Origin: Carpediemonas membranifera BICM
Taxonomy: Eukaryota; Protista; Fornicata
NCBI GenBank assembly: GCA_019828565.1
Contig: JAHDYR010000002.1
Location: 186,001-250,000 of the forward strand
Direction of reading: 5' to 3'
Length of the DNA stretch: 64,000 bases
This document shows positions 35,235-47,582 of the stretch, piece by piece. Numbering within the stretch: the stretch's first letter is position 1; every line of letters starts with the position of its first letter. Below the pieces are notes generated by a model. The model searched no databases and was not told the DNA's origin. It was given only the letters and a program-made list of their open reading frames with translations. The position numbers and the translations under genes were made by a program.

Positions 35235-36377
35235 TCACACCGAAGAAACCTCCGGCGGAACAATGACGAGCCCCACCCCGCCCACTGGGGGGGACTGCGT
35301 CGAAACTCTCTCCCCCTCAACTGTACCAGGCGGCGTGCTTACCCCCGCCTCTTCACAACCGCTGCTCGCTGAGTACTCAGAGTACTCGACCGATGGGTAG
35401 GCCTGGTTTCCGACCTCACTGTCGCCCTCTGCACGTGTGGTCTCAACAATGTCCAACGAGGTGCCAATAGGACCGTCCTCACAGCCAGTGGCGGTGAGCT
35501 CGGTCTGGCGCGTGTTTGGGCGATCATCAGTCGATTTCTCGATGAGCAGTTCACTTGTAGCTGGGGTATTAAGTCGAGATCCGATTTCAGTAAATACCTC
35601 TACAACTGTAGCAATGGTCGGCTTCTCGGTCGCCCAGGTCGATATATCGTCCTCGGTGAACCTCTTAGCGTCCAGTTGCTTGCCGAGTCGGCTCAAAGCA
35701 TGCTTGACTTGACGGAGCTCATTGTTCGCCTTGATCGCGACTGGATCCTTCTTCTCGCGTACTTTCTTTCGAGCTGGAGGTACGAGGAGTTCAAAAACGA
35801 GGCATACAACAACGCCGATGACCGTGCCGAGGAGACAAGACTCATGGGCAATGGGATCTTGAAACACAGCGATGTGAATGATTGTGAGGATGATCGCCTG
35901 GGCTCCAAAGACTCGAATTGGGTGTGCGTTGAGTTCCTTGAACGCTAGCATGGCTACAAAACAAGCGAGGAGGTCTGCTACGTAATGCCAGAGGAGAGAC
36001 CAAATTCTTGAGCTGCCATGTGTGTCAATGACCCAGAAAGAGCCCCGGCCGACAGCGACACAGGAGATATAGGCGAGCGCACGAATGGGATTGTGTATGA
36101 CGTATCGGTAAACGATTCCTGGGATCTCAAAAGGCTTCCACTGGTGGCGGTGGATGTTGTTGGTGCGCCAGTAGATGAACTTGACAATGAAGATGCCGAG
36201 CACGGCTGACCATATATCGCCAACAGTGGAGTCTGCAAGCTCCTCAAGGGCCACAGAACTGTCGAACTCTTTGGCAATGCTGAATGAAAAAGCCTCAAGT
36301 GACTCCCACATGTAGGCTAAGAGAAGAACGAGGACCCAGGAGTTCGTGAAGTACATGAGAACGACGTTGTTCCACAA
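35235..36377 (-). CDS. Multi-pass membrane protein with low-complexity C-terminal tail; 5' end uncertain
   Basis: Five to six hydrophobic segments in the first 200 aa. Confidence 0.7.
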   Translation of the reverse strand: MWNNVVLMYFTNSWVLVLLLAYMWESLEAFSFSIAKEFDSSVALEELADSTVGDIWSAVLGIFIVKFIYWRTNNIHRHQWKPFEIPGIVYRYVIHNPIRALAYISCVAVGRGSFWVIDTHGSSRIWSLLWHYVADLLACFVAMLAFKELNAHPIRVFGAQAIILTIIHIAVFQDPIAHESCLLGTVIGVVVCLVFELLVPPARKKVREKKDPVAIKANNELRQVKHALSRLGKQLDAKRFTEDDISTWATEKPTIATVVEVFTEIGSRLNTPATSELLIEKSTDDRPNTRQTELTATGCEDGPIGTSLDIVETTRAEGDSEVGNQAYPSVEYSEYSASSGCEEAGVSTPPGTVEGERVSTQSPPVGGVGLVIVPPEVSSV

Positions 36378-37095
36378 GTGTTCTGGATAAGTGATGAATG
36401 GTCGATTACTGCCAGTCAGAAGGGAGATGCTGGTAGATAATCGGACGTGGACAAACCAAGAGGCCAGGCGCTCACTTCGAAAAAGAAAGAAAACGAACCG
36501 AAATCAAGGTAGTTCTGAGCAGCCATGGAGGTCTGGAAACTACCCTTTTGATGGCAAAACTAACACGGTTTGCTCTGCAAAAGACTCAGTGAAAGTCGAT
36601 CACAAATATCGAGTTGGACACGTATGGTTGGTGATGAAAGCGTGGGCTAGGAGACTTGGGAGATGGAGTGGGTGCCAACTGACCTGCTTTCAATTTTCCG
36701 ATTATGTCAGATTGTAAGACGATCATGATTGTATCCAGGATTTCGACTCAAACATGTGGAGGCTATGCTAAGTCAAGCGCGGTTACGTATATAGAAGGCT
36801 GATGTCAGTTCTGCCTTTCCGCGATTTGCAGGTGGCGATCGATATTCAAATTGATTTGTGGATTTGGATGATCCCATGCGATTTTGTACAAATCATTGGG
36901 CGCTACGTGCGACTATTCGTTAGCCGTATGTCACCTGGCGCCAATATTACCACAGCTGCTGTGCTCGAGAGACACGGTCACCGGGAATAAATAAATCGTC
37001 ACGAATCATCCTTTTAAAGTGCTGCCTTCATACAAAATCTCCGAGAACAACACGAGTCTCTCAGAACAACCACTACAAACACCGTCACACCACTC

Positions 37096-38368
37096 TCAAT
37101 GCGGCAACAGGCGCCCCACAAAGCCCCTGACCATAACCCCGAGCCCCTCGTCCAGCCCCTCTGCCATCTGAACCAGCGCCTGCTCATCCATACTAGCACT
37201 GTATCGCCCAGTCGCGTGTCGATCAACCATCCCTCTAGACACCAAGCTCTCGAGCACTTGGCCCAGTGAGGAGGCGCTGAATAGGGGGACGACTGCAATA
37301 CCAGGGTCGGCGACCTGGGTGCCGAGGTGGAGGAAGATGTTGTAGAGCCGATCAATTGATGAATGAATTACTCGGCGGTGGGTGTTGATAGATATTTGGA
37401 CTGCTTTGCGCTTACCGACGTTTTGGTTGACAAAAAGCTTGGAATCGTTTCCTTCCATGCATATGGTAGCTACTGCTACTGTAACAAGCGCTAGCTTCTC
37501 AAACGGCTTAAGGAACCCTGCTGGTGAAACATCAGCTTCAAAGGGAAGATCACGAATAATCAGACTGCCGCCTGCAAACATAATCGAGTAGAGCAACACA
37601 CCCTTGTCGTGGCTAGACATAGACGGAAGGATTGACTGGATAGCAAGGTCAGACACAGCCACGGGCGTGTGATGTGCCGTGACATAAACTGCGATGTCAC
37701 GTGTGAGTCGCATGAGCGGTCCGAAGTCAAACGTACCTCCGAGCCAGCGAACCATCGTTGAGGCAAACTCTGAAACAACCGGGAGGGTCCATTCCTTGGT
37801 CGCCGGTTCACAATTCAGCAGAGTATGTTGTATCATGAGTCGGAGAGATTCCACAGACCTAGATGGGATGGTGACAACCTGCTCATACGGCAGGGTGTCT
37901 GCCTTGTAGTTTGTGATGTGAACAATCTTTGATTTGGTCGATTTTCTGAGGAGGCGCGAGATCATGAGCGCTTCTTCATCTGGCACGTCATCGTCCAGGA
38001 TAAACACAAATGGTAGACTGTACGGGTTGCCTTCTAGCAGGTCAAAGAGTCTCCCCAGGCAAGACACAGTGGATGAGCGAACTCGGTAGATCGGGGGGGT
38101 GCGTACCAGGACAAGACGACGAAGACGCTTGGCAAGAGAGACTACGGTGCTGGGGGTGTCATCTAAGCAGAGAAGAGACCTGTTCACGTGAACAGTGGGG
38201 TAGCGAAGGCGCTCAAGAGCCTGGTTCACGAGTGTCTTCCTTCCAGACAGCCTCTGGCCAGCAACAGCACAAACTGAGCAATCCTATGTGAAATAGCTGA
38301 CATGTACATACCCTTAGTGCATCTATGAGATCAGAGAGCTGGGAATCGTAGATTACTGGCCAAGACAT
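37096..38368 (-). CDS. ORC5: Divergent AAA+/winged-helix protein, Orc5-like (414 aa); intron 38284-38311
   Basis: Spliced N-terminus MSWPVIYDSQLSDLIDALR-DCSVCAVAGQRLSGRKTLVNQALERLRYPTVHVN; Walker-B-like FVFILDD; C-terminal K(LALV)...D..LF...IDRLYNIF...LESLV...RY pattern typical of Orc5. Confidence 0.7.
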
Positions 38369-38562
38369 GCTTTGGCTTGCTGAAATACGCATAGCGGGCA
38401 ACGACCAAGAATAAGAGCTGAAAAACTGCGAAACTTTGTTGAAGTGCTGCATATGCCGCAGACACGCCCATTAGCCTAACAACCCGGCCGATAAAGAGTC
38501 TTATGTTCCATGGGTCGGTCCTTAAATCGCAAAATTCACCAAAAATCTCAACCACCGACCAA

Positions 38563-40167
38563 ATGGAAGAAGGAAACACTTTAGACGAGTCCATGTCCTT
38601 TATTCCCACAGGAGGTGCGGTGGAAATCTCCTTTGAGCCGCAAGATGGCGAGACGCACCCAGAAACGGACGAACAATCTCCTTCAGAGGCCGATACCCCC
38701 CCTGGCGGTGATTCCTCAGCCCCTAATGAGAACAAGCCCGTTCAAAAGCCTGAACAAGTGGCGAAGAAGCCGGCAGGTACCGCATCCAAGCCTGTTTCCA
38801 AGACGAGAACAACTGCGCGCCCATCTGCCTCCAAGACCTCTGCCCAGCCTACAGACCGGAAACCAGCCCCCTCCAAACCAACCAAACCGCGTCTCACGAA
38901 GAAAACAGCCCCTTCTTCCGAGAAAAAGACAGGCCTGACGAAGTACCTATACACGGTGCTCTCTGGCAACAACAGCGCCCTCGTCAAGCGGGTGGTCAGA
39001 TCCAGACCATGGTGGGAGCCCCAAGAGGATGAGACGTCGGCCAACTATCATTTACGGTGGAAGCAATCCGGCGGAGGCATTCAGTACGGATCTCTGCTCA
39101 ATCGGGCAGACCATCGTCAAGCAGTCAACCACCTGCCGAACAACCGCGAGATGTGCACTAAGACTGGCCTTGTACGGAATCTCCGGATGATGCTTGACCG
39201 CAAATCTTCTGCCTCAGTCGCCCTCGCAGACATTGTCCCAGATACGTACGAGTTTCACTCGTACACTGACAACTCCTTCTTACGCTGGAAGAAGAAGTTC
39301 CAGGACAACGCCAAGCGTGCTGCGGCAGGCACTGCGCCTCCGGGTTGGGAAAAAAACTTATGGATCGCCAAGCCAGAGAGCCTGAACCGTGGGCGTGGTA
39401 TTTCTGTTGTGAGAACGCTGGAAGAGCTGGAGAACGTTACTAAGCTGTCCAAAGCGACCAACCAGCAGACATGGATTATTCAAAAGTACCTTGAGAAACC
39501 CATGCTCATCGACGGTCGCAAGTTCGACATCAGGCAATATGTCCTTGTGACGAACACCATGGACGTCTACTTCTACAAGCACGGCTACCTCCGCCTCACG
39601 TCCGTGCCCTACGACGACGCCTCGACAGATCCCGCCGTTCATCTAACCAACAACGCAGTGCAATGCAAACTAGATCACTACGGCGAGCACGAGGAGGGGA
39701 ATATGATGACTTACTATCAGCTAGATGAGGCAATCAAGGCCCAGGGCGGGGCTGGTCTTGACCCAGTTGTTGAGCAGATGAAGGCGCAGGTCAAGCTTGT
39801 GATTCAAAGCGTGGCGAAGAAGATGAACGCTGAGCGGTACAAGTCCCCGTTCTTTGAGGTCTTCGGTTTTGATTTCATGGTTATGGCTGAATCTTTTAAG
39901 GTCTTAACGATCGAAGTCAACACAAATCCCGCAATCTCAACATGCTCGTCCATACTTAAGAAGCTCTTGCCAGAGATGCTTGACGATGCTTTCTCACTCA
40001 CCCTTGACAAGTCACACCCACCCCCAAGAGGAACATCGAAGTCTAGTATTGTTGTGGCCGGAGGCAGCACCGAACTTGAGGTGGGGGATCCACCCCTTCT
40101 CAAATGGGGTGATGAGTGCGGTATTACTAGGGGTAACAGGTGGGAAAAGCTCGGATCATTTTTGTAA
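38563..40167 (+). CDS. Tubulin-tyrosine-ligase-like protein, glycylase-like (TTLL3/8/10 group)
   Basis: WIAKP..LNRGRGI, IQKYLEKP.LIDGRKFDIR, HLTNNAVQ, FGFDF, IEVNTNP. Confidence 0.92.
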   Translation: MEEGNTLDESMSFIPTGGAVEISFEPQDGETHPETDEQSPSEADTPPGGDSSAPNENKPVQKPEQVAKKPAGTASKPVSKTRTTARPSASKTSAQPTDRKPAPSKPTKPRLTKKTAPSSEKKTGLTKYLYTVLSGNNSALVKRVVRSRPWWEPQEDETSANYHLRWKQSGGGIQYGSLLNRADHRQAVNHLPNNREMCTKTGLVRNLRMMLDRKSSASVALADIVPDTYEFHSYTDNSFLRWKKKFQDNAKRAAAGTAPPGWEKNLWIAKPESLNRGRGISVVRTLEELENVTKLSKATNQQTWIIQKYLEKPMLIDGRKFDIRQYVLVTNTMDVYFYKHGYLRLTSVPYDDASTDPAVHLTNNAVQCKLDHYGEHEEGNMMTYYQLDEAIKAQGGAGLDPVVEQMKAQVKLVIQSVAKKMNAERYKSPFFEVFGFDFMVMAESFKVLTIEVNTNPAISTCSSILKKLLPEMLDDAFSLTLDKSHPPPRGTSKSSIVVAGGSTELEVGDPPLLKWGDECGITRGNRWEKLGSFL

Positions 40168-40386
40168 ATAGTCACTTTATGGATTGTAGGGGTCATGTTT
40201 ACGAGGTCGAGGTTGAGTGGAAAGGAGGATGGACTAACTTGGGGAAACCAGTGATGTGTCAATGTCTAAACAGCGAGCCAAGTGATCTAGAGACACAGTA
40301 TTAGACATTGGGCATGATTGTGGAGTCTGAGCCAAGTTTAAACGGTCGGACAACTTGACAAGGAGTCGCCGAAGACAAGGAGGCAA

Positions 40387-41268
40387 ATGGGGGTCCAAAT
40401 CAATAATGGGCGGAATAGAACGATCGTTATTGCCAGTACAAGTGTACTAGCGGTACTCCTTGCCCTGTTGATCGCTTCGACGCTGTACTACTCTGCCACA
40501 CTCCTTTACCGCCATGCAACGGGATCCGAGGGTTCTGGAAGCTGGATACCTGGTTTTATCGGGCTAGTTCTCGACTTGTCCATGATAATCGGTGCAACTG
40601 TCGGCTACATCGCCCAATGCCGCTCTATCATCGTCCTTCGATCCTCCCAGGGCTTTTCCTTGCTCATACCAGCCATACTTCTCTCCTCAAACACTCTCCG
40701 CTGCCTATGGTGGTTTGGGAACCACTATAGCACCGCCCTATTGATTCAAGCCGTCATCCAGATCGGCGTGCAGCTTGTGCTTCTATACCTTGCAGTGAAG
40801 TACCGATCAAAGACAGGCGGAGAGGGTAAGAAGCCGACAGAATCTGTGTGGATGTACAAGCTGAGGCATTTTTGGGCATGGGACTCTTTTTCTGACTTTT
40901 TCTACGTCTACGCTGTCTTTGCTGCATTCTTTTTCGTTCTCACAGTCAGCATCACAGGTACCAGGCTACCGTTCGCCCCAGCATACATAGCCTGGCTCGG
41001 CTACTCCTCTATGCTCATCGAAGCAACCATCGCTATGCCGCAGATCTTCAGAAACTTCCGTAAGAAGTCCACGCGCGGCCTTAGTGCAATCATGATAGGG
41101 GCTTGGCTCTTTGGAGATACATACAAGCTGTTCTACTACATCATTGCTGCCCAGCCGGCGCCCTTTATCGTGTGCGCGGTGATTCAACTCGTGGATGATC
41201 TGATCGTGGTTTACCAGATGAGAGCATATAAGACTGTGATGAGCCCAGTCGTTGAGAGCAAGGTGTGA
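40387..41268 (+). CDS. PQ-loop repeat membrane protein (PQLC1/SLC66A2-like)
   Basis: YIAQ...SSQGFS and MPQIFRNFRKKSTRGLS...W.FGD.YK repeats. Confidence 0.88.
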   Translation: MGVQINNGRNRTIVIASTSVLAVLLALLIASTLYYSATLLYRHATGSEGSGSWIPGFIGLVLDLSMIIGATVGYIAQCRSIIVLRSSQGFSLLIPAILLSSNTLRCLWWFGNHYSTALLIQAVIQIGVQLVLLYLAVKYRSKTGGEGKKPTESVWMYKLRHFWAWDSFSDFFYVYAVFAAFFFVLTVSITGTRLPFAPAYIAWLGYSSMLIEATIAMPQIFRNFRKKSTRGLSAIMIGAWLFGDTYKLFYYIIAAQPAPFIVCAVIQLVDDLIVVYQMRAYKTVMSPVVESKV

Positions 41269-41519
41269 GTATACGGGTGTTATGTGTCCATATGTAAATC
41301 TCGCGGCTGTCTGACTCTCGCACCATGCTGATATATCCTTTTTTATTCCCTCACGCTTGTTAACCACCCGAGCAACAGGCTAACTGACCACATCTACATA
41401 CACCGCTGCTGATATATATATTTGGCGGTCTGAGTATTACTTTACACATTCGACTCCAAACCACACCACATAAACGTAAAGCTGGTATTTTATCCTATCT
41501 CATCGCGCTTGTCGTGCGC

Positions 41520-43439
41520 TCAAAGCTCGTCGTGCGTGTAATCATCGCCGCCCTGCTCGGCGTAGACCTTGGCGACAATGGGGTTCGTCACCTTCTCGAG
41601 CTCGGCCGTCTTCTCCTGGTACTCCTCAGCGGAGGCCTCGGGGTTGCTGTCGAGCCAGGCGAGGGTCTCCTTGACGGCCTCAAGGATGGTCTCCTTGTCA
41701 TCCTCGGCAAGCTTGTCGCCAAGCTTGTCGTCGTCGGTAACCTGCTGCTTATACTGGTACGCGAGGCCCTCGAGGTTGTTCCTGGCCTGGACGCGCTCCC
41801 TGATGACCTTATCCTCCTCCTCGTGTGCCTGCGCCTCCTCTACAAGGCGGTCGATCTCGTCCTTCGAAAGACGGCCGGCCTCGTGCTTGATGACGACGTG
41901 GTTAGTGTTGCCAGTGCCCTTGTCGAGGGCCGAGACGGTAAGGATGCCGTCGCTGTCAATCTCGAACGTTACTTCAATCTGGGGGACGCCGCGCTGAGCC
42001 GGGGGAATTCCGGTCAGGTCGAACTCCCCGAGCTCGTGGTTGTCCGCAGTCATTGCCCGCTCGCCCTCAAAGACCTGGATGCGGACAGAGGGCTGGTTAT
42101 CGGCCGCCGTGGTGAAGATCTGCTCGCGCTTGCACGGGATTGAGGTGCCGCGCTCGACGATCTTGGTCATGACGCCGCCGGTGGTCTCGATGCCGAGCGT
42201 GAGGGGGTTAATGTCGATGAGGAGGGCGCGCTTCTCGTCGCCAGAGAGGATGGCACCCTGGACGGCAGCACCATAGGCGACGGCCTCGTCGGGGTTGATG
42301 GACTTGTGGAGCTCCTTGCCGTTGAAGAAGTCAGACAGCATCTGCTGCACCTTGGGGATGCGGGTCGACCCGCCGACGAGTACAACCTCGTCAATCTCGG
42401 ACTTGCGGAGGCCAGAGTCCTTGAGAACCTGCTTCACAGGCTCAAGGGTCTTCTTAAAGAGATCAGCGTTGAGGTCCTCGAACTTGGCGCGGGTGAGGGT
42501 CTCAGAGAAGTCGATGCCAGCCATGATGGACTCAATCTCGATGGTGGTACGCATCTGGGTTGACAGAGTGCGCTTGGCCTTCTCAATCTCGCGGCGGAGG
42601 CGCTGGATGGCGCGGGGGGAGGCGCGGAGGTCCTTGTCGTGCTTAGCCTTAAACTGCCCGACCATGTAGTCCATAACGCGCTGGTCGAAGTCCTCACCGC
42701 CGAGGTGAGTGTCGCCAGAGGTGGCGATGGCCTCGAAGACGCCGTCGATGATGTTGAGGACGGAGACATCGAAGGTTCCGCCACCGAGATCAAAGACGAG
42801 GATGTTGCGCTCGTCCTCCTTGTTGAGGCCGTATGCGATGGCAGCGGCAGTGGGCTCGTTGATCATGCGGACGACGTCCAGACCGGCGATGCGGCCGGCG
42901 TCCTTGGTGGCTGAGCGCTGGGCGTTGTTGAAGTAGGCGGGCACGGTAACAACGGCCTTCTCGACGGGCTCGCCAAGGTAGTCTTCGGCGATCTGCTTCA
43001 TCTTTGTGAGGACGATGGCAGAGATCTCCTCGGGGGACATGAGCTTGTCCTCGCCCTTGACCTGAGCCTTGATGTAGGGCTTGCTGTCGTGCTCGACAAT
43101 CTTGAAGGGGAGGAGCTTCTTGTCGCGCTGGACCTCGGGGTCGGAGAACTCGCGACCGATGAGGCGCTTGACGTCAAAGATGGTGTTGAGGGGGTTGGAG
43201 GCGGACATGGTCTTGGCAGCGTCGCCAGCAACACGCTCAGTCTCCGTAAAGGAGACGAAGGATGGAGTAATACGGTTGCCAAGGTCATTGGCAATGATTT
43301 CAACATGGCCGTCCTTCTGGACGGCAACACAGGAGTATGTCGTGCCAAGATCGATGCCAATGATCGTCTCAGCGGCCACAAGGGCAAGGATGGAAGAAAT
43401 AATAAGTAATCTCGTCAAAGGAGAGGAAGGGAGAACCAT
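41520..43439 (-). CDS. BiP: ER Hsp70 chaperone BiP/GRP78
   Basis: Signal peptide, [18 protein letters not shown]-terminal HDEL. Confidence 0.98.
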   Translation of the reverse strand: MVLPSSPLTRLLIISSILALVAAETIIGIDLGTTYSCVAVQKDGHVEIIANDLGNRITPSFVSFTETERVAGDAAKTMSASNPLNTIFDVKRLIGREFSDPEVQRDKKLLPFKIVEHDSKPYIKAQVKGEDKLMSPEEISAIVLTKMKQIAEDYLGEPVEKAVVTVPAYFNNAQRSATKDAGRIAGLDVVRMINEPTAAAIAYGLNKEDERNILVFDLGGGTFDVSVLNIIDGVFEAIATSGDTHLGGEDFDQRVMDYMVGQFKAKHDKDLRASPRAIQRLRREIEKAKRTLSTQMRTTIEIESIMAGIDFSETLTRAKFEDLNADLFKKTLEPVKQVLKDSGLRKSEIDEVVLVGGSTRIPKVQQMLSDFFNGKELHKSINPDEAVAYGAAVQGAILSGDEKRALLIDINPLTLGIETTGGVMTKIVERGTSIPCKREQIFTTAADNQPSVRIQVFEGERAMTADNHELGEFDLTGIPPAQRGVPQIEVTFEIDSDGILTVSALDKGTGNTNHVVIKHEAGRLSKDEIDRLVEEAQAHEEEDKVIRERVQARNNLEGLAYQYKQQVTDDDKLGDKLAEDDKETILEAVKETLAWLDSNPEASAEEYQEKTAELEKVTNPIVAKVYAEQGGDDYTHDEL

Positions 43440-44361
43440 TACGATGATTCGCTTATCTGTCGGATGACTGAAACAACATGCTTACGGCTGATGACGTGTG
43501 CAAGAAAATTTAACGATCGTTAAATTCATGAAGCCCTGGTGACGAGGACTCTATTCGAAGGCTGCTTGGGGGTTGACGGACTCTCGTGGCGCCCGCAGTT
43601 TACCATGGCGGTGTTGGCAAGAATCACTCATGACAATTTTCCTAACATTTCGTCGGCAGGAGTCGGGCAACCAACCAATCATGGCATCAGTTCGGTTTAA
43701 AACCCATAGTGTGTGTTTTCCCATCATTACCGCCAATCATTGCCTCCTTCCTTCCTTGCTACGTCTAGATTATTTGATTCTGACCGAATCAACGTTCACC
43801 AAGCCGCATCTACCGTTTCTCATGAGAAACGGGAAATGACCAGTCGATCACACCTTTATCTTGTCAGAAGTATGTCCGGCATCAGCTTGACAGGGAGCTA
43901 TTGACGAAGTGAGACTGAGTCAATCATTTTGATCCGCACAAAATCGAGATCATATTTCCGATGTCGGTTTATACTGGGATATGATGTCTCGGGGAATGAT
44001 AAAGAAGCCATTAATGCCCAAGTTGCCAAGGTCTGTTTGGTGGTCAGTGTGACATTGGACCGGAGAATCAAAGAATCTGGTCGCGGCAGTGAGTGTTTAA
44101 AAGTCGTTTCAAGATGGGCATACGTTATTATAGGCACATGAGTTGCAAATAGGGCAGGCTGACATTTCACGCGGGGAAATAGGCCTGGTCAAGGTTAGTA
44201 GCGCAGACCACCTGGAATCTCGGAGTTGAGCCCACAACATACTTTGTAGTGAATTGGTTCGTGAGCCTCGGCGAGGTGGGCGCATGACTGCGAATCAGGT
44301 AGATCTTTCTTGCGAGATTACAGGAAATAGATCCCGCATAATTTCGAGTGCGATATTGCTG

Positions 44362-44988
44362 ATGGCGGAAGCAAACGCTTTAGCAGCGAATGCCGCGCCT
44401 TCTGCCACGAGCCTAGATGTACCAGCTATCGCTATGCAACCTAGCGCGGTTTCCGCAGTACCGATGCCTGCGCCAGCAGTTTCAGCCCCCGTCATTGCGC
44501 AATCAACCGTTACTGCAGCTATTCCACCGCCCATTCAGCCTAAAGACGAACTTGATAGCCAAGACGCCCCAATCAAGAAGGGGAAACATCGGCGTCCACG
44601 GATTCGCTGGTCTCCGCAACTCCACGATGCATTTGAGAAGGCAGTGCTCAAGCTAGGCGTGAAATCTGCCCAGCCCCGGTACATACAAGCAGAAATGGAG
44701 GCGATGGGCGTTGAAGGCCTCTCTCGCGAATCGATTGCATCGCATTTGCAAAAGTTCCGCCAAAACATTGTCCAAATGCACGGGCTTTCCAACACGGAGC
44801 AGCTCACAGATCAGCACGGGGCCGTCCTTGGCGGTACCGTTCCTGCTGCCACAACTCATACGGCGCCCGTGCCTGAGCGGGCCTCGTTCCAAACGGCCGA
44901 GGTTGACGGGTGGTTGAGGTCCCGACTTGGTAAGATTAAGGAGCCGAACGCTGTCGTTAGAGACCCGGATAGAGATGAGCGTTCTTGA
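44362..44988 (+). CDS. GARP/SHAQKYF-class Myb-like DNA-binding protein (start uncertain)
   Basis: RPRIRWSPQLHDAFEKAV..LG...A.P..I...M.VEGLSRESIASHLQKFR. Confidence 0.92.
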   Translation: MAEANALAANAAPSATSLDVPAIAMQPSAVSAVPMPAPAVSAPVIAQSTVTAAIPPPIQPKDELDSQDAPIKKGKHRRPRIRWSPQLHDAFEKAVLKLGVKSAQPRYIQAEMEAMGVEGLSRESIASHLQKFRQNIVQMHGLSNTEQLTDQHGAVLGGTVPAATTHTAPVPERASFQTAEVDGWLRSRLGKIKEPNAVVRDPDRDERS

Positions 44989-45894
44989 TTGATTCTTGCG
45001 GTTTGCTTTGCTAAATTTGTATTTCTAGGTAAAGTTGGTTGGGTGAATGGCTGTCACGAGCTGGGATGAAGATTTGGATGATGTCAATCAGATCTCCGGA
45101 GGATACCCAGTAAAATGCTCGCTAGAGGGTCAGGTGACCTTCTCGGGATCTTTTGATTTGTTCGGGACCGATTATCGAGTCAATCTCAGTCGGATGACCC
45201 AATAATCGGATATCCATCAAGATCACTCGATTGTGCGACCGGATGAGACAGAATCAGACCCAACCTTGGGTTATTTGGTGAAGATTTGAGTGATTCAGCA
45301 CAAAGCTCTCGTAATCGAACTCAATAATCATCGATGCGGTTGGAGAAAGCGGATACGTGAATGGTATGATAGTTTAGAGTTGTAATAATGTCCAGTAATA
45401 CTGGGTTTGTGCATATTATTGTGTAGTAAGGCTCTGTATGCTTCCATGGCGCTGAAGCAGCCCCTTTCTCGCTCAGCTTGAGAATCATGACAAAGAAAAT
45501 GACAGTAGGAGTTACAATCAGCATGCCCCGCTCATATGTGTGCTCTGAGAGCATGCCTGAACTTCTATACATTCATGGCGTTCTCACTCGGAGCTGAGCA
45601 CGGCCCAGCGCAGCCACACAACGCTTGCTGAACGGCCAAAGACTTGGACGATAGCCCCAAGCAGTAGCGTCACGACGTTCTAAGCCTCAGAGGTGGCCCA
45701 AGACTGTTGTGCCCGAAACCTCGATCGGATAGTCACTTGGGTATCTCCGCTTAGTGCTGGCAGTGAAATTGATACTGTACGGTTGCAGAGCTTCGTGGCT
45801 TCGTGGCACGTTTGTGCCAGCTCGTTACTCTGCGCAGTGTTCGTTGTTTTATATTGTCAGTTTTAACCAGACGACGAAACAGGCCCCTTTTTCG

Positions 45895-46887
45895 ATGGTG
45901 GAGCAAGTTACGATCGTTCGGTTAGCGTTTATTATCGTATTCTCAGTCTTTGTTCAGTCTGCATGCTCCATTCTTTCCAAAATGAGCCAGGTTAACGGCA
46001 ACTATGAGTATAGCGTACCAGTGAGCAATTTCGCCATCGAAGTAGTCAAATTCGCGGTTGCATCCACACTATTCTACACACGAACGCCATCTCCTGCCCG
46101 GCAACAGCAACTCTCGACCTTTTTTCACTGTCGTCGTGACATTGTCTTCTTTGCCATCCCCTCGCTCATCTACGTCTGCGTCAACATTACGTACATGATT
46201 ATGTTCATATTCACTGACCCTGGTACCGCTCAGATGCTCGTCAACTTCAAGCTGATCACGACTGCCATCCTCTCTGAGATTGTGTTTGCCAAGCTTCTTT
46301 CCAGACCACAGTGGCTTTCACTCATCATGACGTTCGTAGGCCTTGCTCTAACATCATGGCCGATGTCTGGCAAGTCGTTTGAGTCTGACATTGTCATTTC
46401 ATTCGCCCTGGCCTTCGCGTTCTCCGTCTTTAGCGCCTGTGCTGGTGTCTCATGCGAGTACGTGTTCAAGCGCACAGACTATAGCCTGCACATGCAGAAC
46501 AGCGTGATGTACTTCTACGGCGCCGTGATTAGCCTCATCACCGCCGCTGTCGCCGACCCGTCCGTTGTACTCAACCCGTTCGCCGGATTCAACACGTACG
46601 CTATTCTGCTCGTTTTGATGAGGGCCGTCTCGGGACTTCTCATCTCGGCCGTAATGAAGTATGCAGACACGATTACGAAGAACTTCTGCAGTGCCGCCTC
46701 GTTGTGTGCAACTGTGATCTTGTCCAAGCTCATTTTCGACGTTCCCATCATTGCCCAAAAGAGCTTTGCTATCATCATCATATTCAACGCGATGCTTTTG
46801 TACGGCATTCCAGAGTCCAAGGCGCCCGCTCCTGCTGTCGAACACCGCAAGGTCGAACTGTCGGATGGTGAGGAGGGGGACGTTTGA
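45895..46887 (+). CDS. Nucleotide-sugar transporter (SLC35A-like)
   Basis: EVVKF, IPSLIY, DPGTAQML.NFKLITTA, AGVSCE...K, GLLISAVMKYADTITKNF. Confidence 0.93.
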   Translation: MVEQVTIVRLAFIIVFSVFVQSACSILSKMSQVNGNYEYSVPVSNFAIEVVKFAVASTLFYTRTPSPARQQQLSTFFHCRRDIVFFAIPSLIYVCVNITYMIMFIFTDPGTAQMLVNFKLITTAILSEIVFAKLLSRPQWLSLIMTFVGLALTSWPMSGKSFESDIVISFALAFAFSVFSACAGVSCEYVFKRTDYSLHMQNSVMYFYGAVISLITAAVADPSVVLNPFAGFNTYAILLVLMRAVSGLLISAVMKYADTITKNFCSAASLCATVILSKLIFDVPIIAQKSFAIIIIFNAMLLYGIPESKAPAPAVEHRKVELSDGEEGDV

Positions 46888-47582
46888 GGGTATTGTATCG
46901 GATATTATAAATGGTCGGGTCGAGGGTGGGTCGATGGAATCGGTCTGCTGTGTTGGAGGGTCCTAGAGTGTTCCAGAACGACAGGCAGATGAATGTGAAC
47001 GTGCATTTTGTTGCTACAATGAAGGAGGAGTTTGAGATACTGGAGGGCATGGCTTCAAGACGGTTGCCGCCCCCTTTAGCTGGTGAGAGCTTCAGCACAC
47101 CTACGCTGAACGACCAAAGTTGATGTTGCCCGTCCTTCAATCATAAGAGTCGCCGTCGTCATCATCTGGAGAAATATCTGTTGCTGTTCAGAGGCGAATA
47201 CATTACACCATATACATGTGACACACACCATGGTGGACACATGCAAAAGTGTCGAGACCCGGCCTGTTGGTGCATTGGTTGCTCGGCCTGTGTCTGGGTC
47301 TGCCCGACCAACGTCAGTCTCACCAGCGACGTCGCAGCTGACCTGGAGATGGTTGGAAAGGGGCTTCTAAAGATGTGTGGTCCACGCATATAACAGTTTC
47401 CACGGCCGTTTCCCCCATTAATTCAAACCCCAGAGCGCTGTCACCTTCTCCGGCAGAATAAACCAAATAGTCTTGCCCAAGCCCCCATGTGCCAACATGC
47501 TCATACTCACCAAATTTTTAGATACGGTGGATATATATAATATGTCGATATCTGCTGCCCAAAACATATACACATCAAACAC

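Noticed and set aside
41514-43467. Long plus-strand ORFs opposite BiP (and similar shadow ORFs opposite pol, PDE, condensin)
   Set aside because: Antisense shadows of GC3-biased coding sequence, well known for Hsp70 genes
46930-47500. Small spliced gene between the transporter and the PDE
   Set aside because: Only short ORFs; candidate splice sites gave no convincing protein
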